Below the pieces are notes generated by a model that ran no database searches, was not told where the DNA came from, and saw only the letters and a program-made list of their open reading frames with translations. A DNA stretch of 64,000 bases, from the NCBI GenBank assembly GCA_026387335.1, contig JAPLLX010000001.1, positions 170,620 to 234,619 on the forward strand, given 5' to 3'. Origin of the DNA: Candidatus Omnitrophota bacterium. GTDB taxonomy: Bacteria > Omnitrophota > Gorgyraeia > Gygaellales > Profunditerraquicolaceae. Positions 1 through 9,919 of the stretch are shown here, piece by piece (the first letter of the stretch is position 1; each line of letters starts with the position of its first letter). The position numbers and the translations under genes were made by a program.

Positions 1-678
1 GAAGATTTTCGCGGTAAGGACATTCTTGAATGTGGTTGCGGCGGAGGGCAACACACTTTTTTTATTGCCCCTTACGCCAGGAATATTACCGCTGTGGATT
101 TGAATACGGTTAATATAGCGAGAAAAAGGAACGCAGGCTTAGCTAATGTGAAATTCGTAGAAGCCGATATAATGAGTATGGATTTAGGAAGAACCTTTGA
201 TATTGTTTTTTCAATCGGCGTTGTACATCATACTGATAATCCCGACAAGGCTTTTGAAAACCTTAAAAAACACTTACGGCCTGGAGGGAAATTACTCTTA
301 TGGGTATATTCAGAAGAAGGAAATTTTCTGATTAAGTATATAGTGGAACCAATGAGGAAGTTGTTACTCCGCCGTATGAATAGAAATGCTCTTTTTCAAT
401 GTGCTAAGGTCTTGACATTTTTAATGTATCTTCCGGTATATTCGATATATCTGCTACCGTTAAAATTTTTTCCGTATTATGAATATTTCAAAAATTTTCG
501 AAAGCTTACGTTTTATAGGAATTGTCTTAATGTATTTGATAAATTGAACGCGCCGCAAGTCACTTTTATTAATAGAAAAAGGGTTGAGGGCTGGTTTAAT
601 TCGCGAGACTTTAAAAACACGCAGATAAGTAGTTATCGTGGCGTCAGTTGGCGGGCGTCAGGGATAAAAAATGGCTAA
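1..678 (+). CDS. Class I SAM-dependent methyltransferase (5'-truncated by window edge)
   Basis: Frame 1 is open from base 1: EDFRGKDILECGCGGGQH (motif I), later FDIVFSIGVVHH and LRPGGKL. Confidence 0.85.
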   Translation, partial: EDFRGKDILECGCGGGQHTFFIAPYARNITAVDLNTVNIARKRNAGLANVKFVEADIMSMDLGRTFDIVFSIGVVHHTDNPDKAFENLKKHLRPGGKLLLWVYSEEGNFLIKYIVEPMRKLLLRRMNRNALFQCAKVLTFLMYLPVYSIYLLPLKFFPYYEYFKNFRKLTFYRNCLNVFDKLNAPQVTFINRKRVEGWFNSRDFKNTQISSYRGVSWRASGIKNG

Positions 679-2074
679 AATTTTACTTTTAAACCCTAAT
701 TATTATTACGATATTTTTAACCAGTCAAAAGTTCGCTCTGCGGTTTCTCGGGGCACTACTCCGTTGGGGTTGGTATGCATAGCCGCATCGTTAATAAAGG
801 ATGGCCATGGGGTCAGAATTTTAGACCTTAATCTTACGGATAATCCGGATGAATTTCTTCAGAGAGCGATTAAGGATGATAAACCTGATTTTGTGGGGAT
901 TACTTCTACGACGCCGTTAATTAAAAAAGCGTATCATTTATCCTCTTTGATAAAAGCGATAGACAAAAGTATTACCATTATTGTTGGCGGTGCGCATCCC
1001 TCCGCGCTCCCGGAAGACGTTTTGAAAGAAAGTAGTATTGATTGTGTTGTGCAAGGGGAAGGAGATTTCATATTTAGCTTAATTGTAAAAGAAGGCCTTT
1101 CTCGGAGCATCCCTAATATATTTTATAAAAATAATGGGATGATTGTTTCCTCCTGCATTCATAACGATATTATCAAAGATTTGGATCGGTTACCTTTTCC
1201 TGCCTATGAGCTATTGAATATAAATAGATACTATCAGCCGCGTATTTCAAGCCGAAGAGCGCCGCTTGGGTATCTTGAGACTTCCCGAGGCTGTTACGGT
1301 AAATGTATATTCTGCAATAAAAATATACACGGTTATCAAATGAGGATGAAATCTGTTTCGCGCGTGGTAGACGAAATGGACAGAATGCTTGGGCTCGGCT
1401 TTAGGGAAATACAAATTATTGATGACCTTTTTACCGCAGATATGAATAGGGCATATGCTATTTGCGAGGAGATAATGCGGCGCAATCTAAAATTCCCATG
1501 GTATCCGCGAGGAGGAATTCGGGTGGATAGGGTTAATGAAAAGCTGTTGAAAATTATGAAGCGCGCTGGTTGTTACCGTATTCCTTTTGGTATAGAGTCA
1601 GGTAGCCAGAGAATCATTGATATTGTCGGTAAGAAGATTTCCCTTGAGCAAGCTCAAAGAGCGGTTACTTTGGCTAAGAAAGCCGGGCTTGAAACAGAAT
1701 GTTACTTTATGTTGGGGCTTCCCGGCGAATGCGAAGATGACTTGAAGAAGACTATAGAGTTTTCCGTTAAGCTTAATCCGGACTACGTAAAATTTGCCAT
1801 AACAATACCATTACCCGGAACTCGGATGTTTGATGATATGTCTAGCCGTGGGCAAATCAAGACAAAGGATTGGGATAAGTACAATTTCTCGGTTTCTCCG
1901 AAAGAGCTTTATGAACACGATAGTCTTTCTTGGAAAACAATAGATAAATACTATAATATCTCGCACCGAAAATTTTACTTTCGTCTAAGCTATTTATTAA
2001 AAATGTTTTTCAAAACATTAGCAAATGGTACGCTGTTATCACATGCGAGGGCATTTTTACAGACAGATTGGTAA
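671..2074 (+). CDS. B12-binding radical SAM protein
   Basis: N-terminal cobalamin-binding domain (PLGL, GGAHPS, QGEGD); CxxxCxxC in RGCYGKCIFC; GIESGS. Confidence 0.9.
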   Translation: MAKILLLNPNYYYDIFNQSKVRSAVSRGTTPLGLVCIAASLIKDGHGVRILDLNLTDNPDEFLQRAIKDDKPDFVGITSTTPLIKKAYHLSSLIKAIDKSITIIVGGAHPSALPEDVLKESSIDCVVQGEGDFIFSLIVKEGLSRSIPNIFYKNNGMIVSSCIHNDIIKDLDRLPFPAYELLNINRYYQPRISSRRAPLGYLETSRGCYGKCIFCNKNIHGYQMRMKSVSRVVDEMDRMLGLGFREIQIIDDLFTADMNRAYAICEEIMRRNLKFPWYPRGGIRVDRVNEKLLKIMKRAGCYRIPFGIESGSQRIIDIVGKKISLEQAQRAVTLAKKAGLETECYFMLGLPGECEDDLKKTIEFSVKLNPDYVKFAITIPLPGTRMFDDMSSRGQIKTKDWDKYNFSVSPKELYEHDSLSWKTIDKYYNISHRKFYFRLSYLLKMFFKTLANGTLLSHARAFLQTDW

Positions 2075-2100
2075 ATAATCCTAACTTAAGGAGGTTTTTG

Positions 2101-2973
2101 ATGCTTAGCGTGATCATCCCCGTATATAATGAAGAAAAAGCAGTAGTAAAGATTTTACATGAGCTCCAAGTTTTTTTGGATGAAGAATTTAAGGAATACG
2201 AAATCATTGTAGTCGATGATGGCTCGACTGATACAACGGGTGAAAAGATTAGGAATGTGAAAATTAAGGGTCTTTCCTTTATTACTCATGTTGAAAATGC
2301 AGGGTATGGCAAGTCTTTGTTAGAAGGTATACTAGTGGCAAAATACAATTGTATTGCGATTATTGACGGAGATGGTTCTTATAATGTAAAAGATTTAAAA
2401 AAGCTTTGTAATTTTTTCCCTCAATACGATATGGTTGTGGGGGAGCGTCAGGGCCAGGAATATCGGCGAGGCGTATGGAAGCGGCCTGCGCGAATGCTTT
2501 TTAAAATGCTGGCCGAATACGCTTCGGGACGCAGCATCCCGGATGTGAATTCAGGGTTACGTATTTTTAAAAAGGATATTGCTTTAAGCTTTCAGGATTC
2601 TTTATGTACAGGATTTTCTTTTACAACCACCTTAACACTGATTTTCTTACTAAATCACTATTTTGTGAAGTATGTTCCAATCCAGTATGCAAAGCGAGAA
2701 GGTAAGACAAAAGTGAAGCATGTTCGTGATACTCTACGCGCAGGCCAGATCATTATCGAAGCAGTTCTTTATTACAATCCTCTAAAACTTTTTTTACTTA
2801 TTGCTTTTTGTAATGCTATTTTTGGTATCGTTGTTGGGGTAATAAATAATATGTTTTTTAAACTTGATTTTCTTTCAGTGGCTGCGGCTCTCTGTATAGC
2901 AAGTTTTATTCCAGTCTTTTGTATTGGGTTCATTGCAGACCAGCTTAGGAAGATATATAATGTTAATAAGTGA
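2101..2973 (+). CDS. GT2 glycosyltransferase, polyprenol-phosphate (DPM1-like) type with two C-terminal TM helices
   Basis: SVIIPVYNEE, VDDGSTD, DGDGSY; AGGAGG before ATG 2101. Confidence 0.85.
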   Translation: MLSVIIPVYNEEKAVVKILHELQVFLDEEFKEYEIIVVDDGSTDTTGEKIRNVKIKGLSFITHVENAGYGKSLLEGILVAKYNCIAIIDGDGSYNVKDLKKLCNFFPQYDMVVGERQGQEYRRGVWKRPARMLFKMLAEYASGRSIPDVNSGLRIFKKDIALSFQDSLCTGFSFTTTLTLIFLLNHYFVKYVPIQYAKREGKTKVKHVRDTLRAGQIIIEAVLYYNPLKLFLLIAFCNAIFGIVVGVINNMFFKLDFLSVAAALCIASFIPVFCIGFIADQLRKIYNVNK

Positions 2974-3023
2974 CAGAAGTAGCATACCTAAAAGCAGGTA
3001 ATAATAAGAGAAGGGGAGGGGTA

Positions 3024-4076
3024 ATGAATAAGAAGGTAATTCCAATTATTGTCTTTTTAATCTGTGTATATGCTTTATTTCTTAGGTTAGGTAATATTTC
3101 TAACTTTCCATTTTGGGCTGATGAAATATACGGATTAAACCAAATGAAAGGCTCCTTTATTAACTTAGTAATGTCAGCACCAAATAATGAAATCGGTTCT
3201 TATTTGTTAGGAGACCACTATTTAATATATCCGTTTTTTAAGGTTTTTGGTTACAACAGAGTTGGATTAGCGTTTCCGCATATTCTTGCAACTATTTTAG
3301 GGTTTTTTATCCTGTATCTTATATGCAGATTGTATTTTAAAACCATATGGGGATATTTAGTAGCTTTTATTATAGTTTGTTTTAATCAAACTCTAATCTA
3401 CCATTCCATAGAAATCAGGCCATATGCCGTAATTCCTACGTTGGCATTAGGGGTTTTTTATTTTACCCACATTTTATTAAAAGAAGGGGCACCGATAGCT
3501 GCTTATAAAAAATGGCTGATTGGAATTTTCTTCATTATTACAATATTATTCCATGTTTATGGCATATTGATTGTTTCTCTTCCAATATTGTTTTTATTAT
3601 TTTCAAATGCAAAAATGAATAATTTTATTATAATTGCCCGGAAGTTATTTTGTTTTTTATTTATTATATTTTGCATAACTCTTCCTGTATGGTGTATTAG
3701 TGTTTTTGGCAAACATTGGATCCATCCAGAACTTCCAGTTTTTGAATATATACCAGATCCACTTTTAAACGTAGTGGGTTTCCTAAAAGGTATCTTTGGA
3801 AATTTAATAGGGAGTAAAGGATTATATTTTCTTTTAGCAGGAGTTTTATTCCCCTTTATTTTTTCTTTCCCGGAAAGGACAAAACAGATTAAGTTTTTAT
3901 TAATAATGGTAATTTTACCTATAGGGCTTATTCTTTCACAGGACATAAGAGAAAAATATTGGTTTTTGCAACGTCAGTTTATTTGGGTTATGCCTTATTT
4001 TGCTTTTTTCTTGGGCTGGGTGTGGGATTCTATGGCGCAGTTATTTATAAAAAATTTACCAACAAGAAGGGGGTAA
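3024..4076 (+). CDS. Polytopic membrane protein, GT-C-like (PMT/ArnT-like) glycosyltransferase
   Basis: FWADE after TM1, EIRPYA loop, many TM segments; GGGAGG before ATG 3024. Confidence 0.65.
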   Translation: MNKKVIPIIVFLICVYALFLRLGNISNFPFWADEIYGLNQMKGSFINLVMSAPNNEIGSYLLGDHYLIYPFFKVFGYNRVGLAFPHILATILGFFILYLICRLYFKTIWGYLVAFIIVCFNQTLIYHSIEIRPYAVIPTLALGVFYFTHILLKEGAPIAAYKKWLIGIFFIITILFHVYGILIVSLPILFLLFSNAKMNNFIIIARKLFCFLFIIFCITLPVWCISVFGKHWIHPELPVFEYIPDPLLNVVGFLKGIFGNLIGSKGLYFLLAGVLFPFIFSFPERTKQIKFLLIMVILPIGLILSQDIREKYWFLQRQFIWVMPYFAFFLGWVWDSMAQLFIKNLPTRRG

Positions 4077-4120
4077 TTTTCCCCCGAAAAAGTGTATACG
4101 GCGAAGAGCTAAGGGAAGGC

Positions 4121-4912
4121 ATGACGCAAAAGGAAGTGTTTGAAAAGATATATAGTGAAGAACGACTTGATCATTTCAGTTTTCATGATAGCAAGGATCC
4201 ACTTACCAGATACCTTCGCGATAGAAGATTGAATATTGCTTTAAGTGAGATTAAAAAAAATGCCAAGGATTTCAATTGCGATTGGAAAATTCTAACGGTC
4301 TGTGATGGCGTGGGAGGAGAAGGGACTTTTTTTGCGAATTTAGGGTTCAATTCAGTAACTGTTTCTGACATTTCTCAAAATGCTTTGAATTATTGCGTAA
4401 AACGCGACCCTCGATTAAAGACTTTATTATTAAATGCAGAAGATACGGAATTAACCGAAGCAACATTTGATTTAGTTGTAGTGCAAGATGGGCTTCACCA
4501 TTTAAAAAGGCCATTTTTAGGATATACGGAGATGCTCAGGATCGCAAGGAAAGCGGTCATTGTTATTGAACCGCATACTGGTGTTGTAGCTCGAATTTTT
4601 GGGACGGTTTGGGAGAAGCATTATGGTGAAGTGAATTACGTTTTTCGTTGGAACTACTTTATTTTGAGGCAAATCACAAATAGTTATTTGTTAAAATCGG
4701 ATTTTTCTATCAAATTTATTCGCCTATGGGATCATAACTTAGTTATGGGAAAAATAGCGAAAATTTTTGGAGGAGGGAAAGCGGGGTTATTTATTGTTAA
4801 GATCGTTTATTCTATTTTAAATTCTATTTTCTCAGGGTTTGGCAATATGATGATAGGGATTGTAATCAAAGAAAACAGTGTGATAAAAGAGATTATTAAT
4901 GAAAATAGATAA
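4121..4912 (+). CDS. SAM-dependent methyltransferase
   Basis: LTVCDGVGGEG, SDIS, FDLVVVQDGLHH; probable start ATG 4121 after a purine-rich RBS. Confidence 0.75.
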   Translation: MTQKEVFEKIYSEERLDHFSFHDSKDPLTRYLRDRRLNIALSEIKKNAKDFNCDWKILTVCDGVGGEGTFFANLGFNSVTVSDISQNALNYCVKRDPRLKTLLLNAEDTELTEATFDLVVVQDGLHHLKRPFLGYTEMLRIARKAVIVIEPHTGVVARIFGTVWEKHYGEVNYVFRWNYFILRQITNSYLLKSDFSIKFIRLWDHNLVMGKIAKIFGGGKAGLFIVKIVYSILNSIFSGFGNMMIGIVIKENSVIKEIINENR

Positions 4913-6359
4913 AATTTTGCTAATTGTGCCTCCGGCATTAACTTTTAAAGTTTATCGGGATATAAGCCCTATGCCGCCAATGGGGCTTGGTTATCTTGCT
5001 TCGGTAATAGAAAATATGGGGATAGAAGTAAGGATCTTGGATTGTTTAATATCGGATTGGAATAAAGAAGAAGCTGTTAATGGGGATTTGATTCAGGTAG
5101 GTTTATCGGAGAAAGAAATAGCTGAGCGAATTTTAGATTTTAATCCAGATTTGATCGGATTAAACTGTCAATTTTCCAGGCAGCATAGAACGTATAGTAA
5201 AGTATTCTCTTTAATAAAAAAAATTAGCCCTAAATGCGTAATCGTCGCGGGAGGAGCGCATACAACGGTATGCCCGAAAGAGGTACTAAGCGAACAGGAT
5301 TGTGATTATGTAATTATTGGAGAAGCCGAGAATTCTTTTAAGGAGTTAATAGAGTACTTAAAATTAGATAAGGATATAGGCACGATTGATGGCTTGGGAT
5401 GGAAACAAGATAGAAAACTAAATATTAACCTAAAGAATAAATGGATTTCTGATCTGGACACCTTACCTTTTCCGGCGTATCATCTCATGGATTTAGAAAA
5501 ATATTTTAAGCTTGAATTATCCCATGGGTTCCGTCATAGAGAAAAATTCAGCCCTATAATTACATCCAGAGGCTGTATTGCCAAATGCACATTTTGCAGC
5601 GCAAATAAAGTTTGGGGTAATAAATACAGGACCAGGTCAATAGATAACGTTATTAAAGAGATGAGGTTATTGAAAGATAAGTACGGAATCCAGGAGTTAA
5701 TGTTTGAGGACGATAATGTTACAGCCGACCCTAAAAGAGCAAAAGAACTATTTTCCAGAATGGTTGAGGAAGAACTAGATTTTATTTGGGATACTCCCAA
5801 TGGTGTAGGGATATGGTCAATGGATGAAGAGATGTTGGATTTAATGAAACAATCGGGCTGTGTTAACGTTAATTTCCCGGTTGAAAGCGGTTCTCAGAGA
5901 GTCTTAACCGAGGTAATTAGGAAACCATTGAAACTTACTAAGGTCAGGAAATTAACTGACTATTGCAGGAAAATAAAGCTAGGTTACGGGATGTTCTTTG
6001 TTGTCGGGCTACCGGGAGAAACCAAAAAAGATATTTGGCGTTCATTTCGGTTTGCTGTTTCTTGTAAAGTTCGTGCGCCGTTTTTTTCCGTTGCAACTCC
6101 TTATCCGGGCACAGCCCTCTTTGAACAATGCAAAAACGATTCGCTTTTTAGCAGAGAATTTTCATTTGATGATCTTTTTATAAGGAGTTATTTAATTAAG
6201 ACAAAAGAGTGGGACGGGGATGAATTAAAAAAAATATTACGAAAGGGGTTATTTTACTTAAAAATAAGTAAATTAATTTATGATCCAATTGGATTTTTAA
6301 AATTAGCTTTTAAAAAGCTTAAAAGAATTACTAAAACATATTTTTTAAAAACGACTTAA
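4899..6359 (+). CDS. B12-binding radical SAM protein
   Basis: PPMGLGYLA, GGAHTT, GEAE, RGCIAKCTFC, VESGS. Confidence 0.9.
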   Translation: MKIDKILLIVPPALTFKVYRDISPMPPMGLGYLASVIENMGIEVRILDCLISDWNKEEAVNGDLIQVGLSEKEIAERILDFNPDLIGLNCQFSRQHRTYSKVFSLIKKISPKCVIVAGGAHTTVCPKEVLSEQDCDYVIIGEAENSFKELIEYLKLDKDIGTIDGLGWKQDRKLNINLKNKWISDLDTLPFPAYHLMDLEKYFKLELSHGFRHREKFSPIITSRGCIAKCTFCSANKVWGNKYRTRSIDNVIKEMRLLKDKYGIQELMFEDDNVTADPKRAKELFSRMVEEELDFIWDTPNGVGIWSMDEEMLDLMKQSGCVNVNFPVESGSQRVLTEVIRKPLKLTKVRKLTDYCRKIKLGYGMFFVVGLPGETKKDIWRSFRFAVSCKVRAPFFSVATPYPGTALFEQCKNDSLFSREFSFDDLFIRSYLIKTKEWDGDELKKILRKGLFYLKISKLIYDPIGFLKLAFKKLKRITKTYFLKTT

Positions 6360-6361
6360 TA

Positions 6362-7594
6362 ATGGACCAACTTCTTCAAGAAATGGATTCAGGGAAGAGC
6401 AAGTATTGGCCATATATAGACAAAATATTGATTTCGTTCTTTCTGATAACTTATCTGTTTATCGTTGCAACATTCTTTCTGGGAAAGATGTTTGATTCTT
6501 TTTATAAGCCGTTTTGGACAGATGAAATTGTCGGACTAGGTACAGCTAGAGCTTATAGCTATATCCATATGTTGTTTAAGGGAGCATCTGGACAAGCCAG
6601 TCCAGCTCCTTTAGATTTTTTTGTGTGTAAAATACTGGACCAAATTAAGGAAAAGATCTCTTATTTTGGTTTTACTCCGGAAGTTTATTTTCGTTTATTT
6701 GCTAATGGAATTACAGCACTCAGTGTATTAGTAATAATGTTTGTGTTTAAAAACGAAATAGAAAATAACAAAAGTAATATTGCCCTTAAAGCAACGCAAT
6801 TATTTTTACTTTTATGCCTACCAATCGCTTATTTATTCCAACGGCAGGTTTATTACTATGCCGCTGAGACGAGGCCGTATGCTTTATGGAACTCACTTTT
6901 TATGATTGCGTTAGCTGTCAGTTTGCTGGAGGGAAAAAATAAAAAGTTTTTCTTTTTTTCATTAGTATTGCTTGCTTTTTCAGCTACGGCAGTAATTTTT
7001 CAGATCATCGCTGTAGCAGTTGCTTATTTTATAGCACAGCTAATAAATGAAGACAATTTTAAAAATATTTTCAAGAACGAAATTAAATTGTTAGCAGTGC
7101 CTTTTTTTATTGTTCTATATTATTGCTTGCAGGTCGAAAGTAGCAATGTGGTTTCTGTGGGTGGTACGTTCGGTGATTTTATAGAATTATGGAAGCACAA
7201 AGCAGTGACGATCCCTATTATGTTTTCAGCAATCGCCGTATGTTACCTGAAGAAGGAAAATAGAAAATATGCGCTAGCTGCGTTAACTTTTCTTATCCTT
7301 TTTCTAATGGGGCCGTTAATATTCTTGTTTACTCGGTTGAAAGGTTATTTTTACGCTGAAAGGCAGTTTATCTACTATGAATTAACAACAGCCGTTTTTA
7401 TCCTGACATTAATAAAATGCATCCCTGCTTACATAAAAAATGTTAAGTCAAGGTTCAGGGTGAATATTATTCTGATTATTTTTTGTTTAATCGGCGCTTC
7501 TTTTACTTTTAGGCCAAAACTAATTAAAAAATTTAATAGAACAGAGGCCAATGCGCTAAAGGTATTATTCACTGATTTTACTAATTCTAAATAA
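6362..7594 (+). CDS. Polytopic membrane protein, GT-C-like (related to 3024..4076)
   Basis: FWTDE, ETRPYA and ERQFI motifs parallel FWADE, EIRPYA and QRQFI of the upstream protein. Confidence 0.6.
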   Translation: MDQLLQEMDSGKSKYWPYIDKILISFFLITYLFIVATFFLGKMFDSFYKPFWTDEIVGLGTARAYSYIHMLFKGASGQASPAPLDFFVCKILDQIKEKISYFGFTPEVYFRLFANGITALSVLVIMFVFKNEIENNKSNIALKATQLFLLLCLPIAYLFQRQVYYYAAETRPYALWNSLFMIALAVSLLEGKNKKFFFFSLVLLAFSATAVIFQIIAVAVAYFIAQLINEDNFKNIFKNEIKLLAVPFFIVLYYCLQVESSNVVSVGGTFGDFIELWKHKAVTIPIMFSAIAVCYLKKENRKYALAALTFLILFLMGPLIFLFTRLKGYFYAERQFIYYELTTAVFILTLIKCIPAYIKNVKSRFRVNIILIIFCLIGASFTFRPKLIKKFNRTEANALKVLFTDFTNSK

Positions 7595-7708
7595 AATTTT
7601 ATTAAGGAGAAGTCGTTGCGCTACAGGCCTTATCCGTTTTTCTGTCCTGCGCTGCCTGTTCGATAAGCTACGTAAGGCAGAACAAATATCCTCGTTAAGC
7701 TTAATAAG

Positions 7709-8503
7709 ATGAATTGTAATTATCCTAAGAACATATCTTCAATAATGATTTTGGGGACACGGGTTGATGCTGTCCAAATTCCATATATCATTCAATATAT
7801 GGAAGACTGTATCGCTAAAAATATTCATCATAATTATATTATTGTCGCTAATGTCGATACTATAATGCAAAGTAAGCATAATCCCAAAATACAGGAGGCG
7901 GTCAATGCGAGCAGCTTATCAATTCCGGATGGGTTTCCTTTACTAATTATGCAGAGATTACATGGTAATCCACTAAAAAAAAGGGCGTACGGCCCGGATT
8001 TAATGAATGGGTTTCTGAAAATAACTGGAGAAAAAAAATATTCGCATTTCTTCTATGGCGCCACTGAGGACACGCTGGATAATTTAACTAAAAAATTGAA
8101 GGTTTTATTTCCTGGAATAAGGATAGCGGGCGCGTATTCGCCGCCTTTTAGACCACTTACTTTAGATGAGGATGCGAAGATCGTAGAGATGATTAATAAG
8201 GCTGCTCCCAGCGTGTTATGGGTGGGGATAGGTTGTCCTAAACAAGAGCTGTGGATGTATGAACACAGGGAACAACTGAGCGTTCCTGTTATGCTTGGAG
8301 TAGGCGCAGCTTTTGATTTTTTGGCAGGAGTTAAGCCGCAAGCTCCGCGTTGGATAAGGGATAATGGTTTTGAGTGGTTTTTTAGGCTTATTACGGAACC
8401 TAAACGTTTATGGCGCAGGTATTTAATGAATTACCCGCTCTTTGTTTATCATGTGTTAGTAGAATTAGTCTCCAAGCCTATAAAATCATTATTAAATAAG
8501 TAA
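7709..8503 (+). CDS. WecG/TagA/CpsF family glycosyltransferase (GT26)
   Basis: PDGFP, GPDLM, WVGIGCPKQE, GVGAAFDF, EWFFRLITEPKRLWRRY. Confidence 0.92.
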   Translation: MNCNYPKNISSIMILGTRVDAVQIPYIIQYMEDCIAKNIHHNYIIVANVDTIMQSKHNPKIQEAVNASSLSIPDGFPLLIMQRLHGNPLKKRAYGPDLMNGFLKITGEKKYSHFFYGATEDTLDNLTKKLKVLFPGIRIAGAYSPPFRPLTLDEDAKIVEMINKAAPSVLWVGIGCPKQELWMYEHREQLSVPVMLGVGAAFDFLAGVKPQAPRWIRDNGFEWFFRLITEPKRLWRRYLMNYPLFVYHVLVELVSKPIKSLLNK

Positions 8504-8508
8504 AATTG

Positions 8509-8517
8509 TGATAAAAT
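8509..8517 (+). promoter_or_regulatory. Extended -10 promoter (TGaTAAAAT), probably yielding leaderless mRNA
   Basis: TGnTAAAAT ends 7 nt before ATG 8525; no SD. Confidence 0.5.
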
Positions 8518-8524
8518 AAAGGTT

Positions 8525-9919
8525 ATGCATAAACTAAACAAGCGGGTTCGTATTGCTTATTTTTTTGTAGATATCGCGTTTATAATCATTTCATTTTATG
8601 AGGTATTCAAGCTTAACTTTGGTTTAATTCAATTTAATCCGGAGGATATCAAGTTATATCTGTCAGTTTACTTCTTTTGGGGCGTTGTTCTGGTTTTTTT
8701 ATTACATAACGCTTATCTTCACCATACCAATCGTTATCTAAGTGTCTCAGGAGAATGGTTGAAGGTAGGTAGATGTGTTTTATTGGCTTCTATTTTAACC
8801 GCATTGTTTATCTTTGTCCTTAAGTTAGATATTTTCTCACGCGCGGTTTTTATAGAATCAAGCTTTGCGTTATTATTAAGCCTTTCTGCTTGGAGAACGA
8901 TAAAACGGCTCTGTGTCCGTTATTTAATCCGAAAGGGATATGCTAATTATAATATTTTGATAATAGGCGCCGGAAATGCGGGTTTAGCGCTTGCGGATGA
9001 AACTAAAGCCTTTCCTTACTTAGGGATAAAGGCAGTCGGATTTCTGGATGATGTAAGGGTGGGTGAAAGAAACGGAATTAAGATTTTAGGCAAAATTAAC
9101 GATATTGAACAGGTTGTGAAAAATTATTTTATTGATGAAATTTACGTTACTATTCCTTCTGAGCGTAGAATTTCCGGAGAGATAATCCAAAAAGGTACAA
9201 AATTAGGCAAAACGGTGAGGGTTGCTGCCGAGCATTTTGGTCTACCATACAGCCAAGTAAGGCTAAATTATATCGGTGCTATCCCTTTATTGACTTATTT
9301 TGAGGAAAGTGGATACAGGACAAGAAACATGGTTAAGAGATTGTTGGATATTTTTATCTCCGTTTCAATTTTGGTATTATTTCTGCCTTTATTTGTATTA
9401 ATTGCCTGTTTAATTAAAATAGAAAGCTACGGACCAGTATTTTATATCTCAAAACGAAGTGGAAGAAAAGGGGTAATTTTTGATTTTTATAAGTTCCGTT
9501 CCATGATTAAGGGAGCGGATAGTCATAAGGAATCCTTAAAGAGTAAATCTGAAGTAGAGGGACCGATTTTTAAAATCCGTAACGACCCTCGTTTGACTAA
9601 AGCGGGTAGATTTTTACGTAAATACAGCTTAGATGAATTGCCCCAGTTAATAAATGTTTTAAAAGGCGACATGAGTTTGGTTGGTCCCCGTCCTTTTCCC
9701 GTTGAAGAAAGCAATAATATAGAATATAAGCATATACCGCGATTGAATATCCGGCCGGGGATTACAGGTTTAGCGCAAATAAAAGGCAGGTCGGATTTAA
9801 AATTCAGCCAGTGGATGCGTTGGGATATTTGGTATGTTAAGAATTGGTCTTTAGGTTTAGACATAAAGATACTTTTTTGGACCATCCCGGTAGTCTTTAA
9901 GGGGAAGGGAGCGTATTAA
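8525..9919 (+). CDS. Undecaprenyl-phosphate sugar phosphotransferase (WcaJ/CpsE-type priming transferase)
   Basis: N-terminal TMs, IGAG Rossmann-like domain, KFRSM, DPRLT, SLDELPQLINVLKGDMSLVGPRP, PGITGLAQ. Confidence 0.93.
   Translation: MHKLNKRVRIAYFFVDIAFIIISFYEVFKLNFGLIQFNPEDIKLYLSVYFFWGVVLVFLLHNAYLHHTNRYLSVSGEWLKVGRCVLLASILTALFIFVLKLDIFSRAVFIESSFALLLSLSAWRTIKRLCVRYLIRKGYANYNILIIGAGNAGLALADETKAFPYLGIKAVGFLDDVRVGERNGIKILGKINDIEQVVKNYFIDEIYVTIPSERRISGEIIQKGTKLGKTVRVAAEHFGLPYSQVRLNYIGAIPLLTYFEESGYRTRNMVKRLLDIFISVSILVLFLPLFVLIACLIKIESYGPVFYISKRSGRKGVIFDFYKFRSMIKGADSHKESLKSKSEVEGPIFKIRNDPRLTKAGRFLRKYSLDELPQLINVLKGDMSLVGPRPFPVEESNNIEYKHIPRLNIRPGITGLAQIKGRSDLKFSQWMRWDIWYVKNWSLGLDIKILFWTIPVVFKGKGAY

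Noticed and set aside
3959-4120. N-terminal extension of the methyltransferase in the ORF track
   Set aside because: Overlaps the upstream gene by 118 nt from a TTG; a better RBS and ATG lie at 4121
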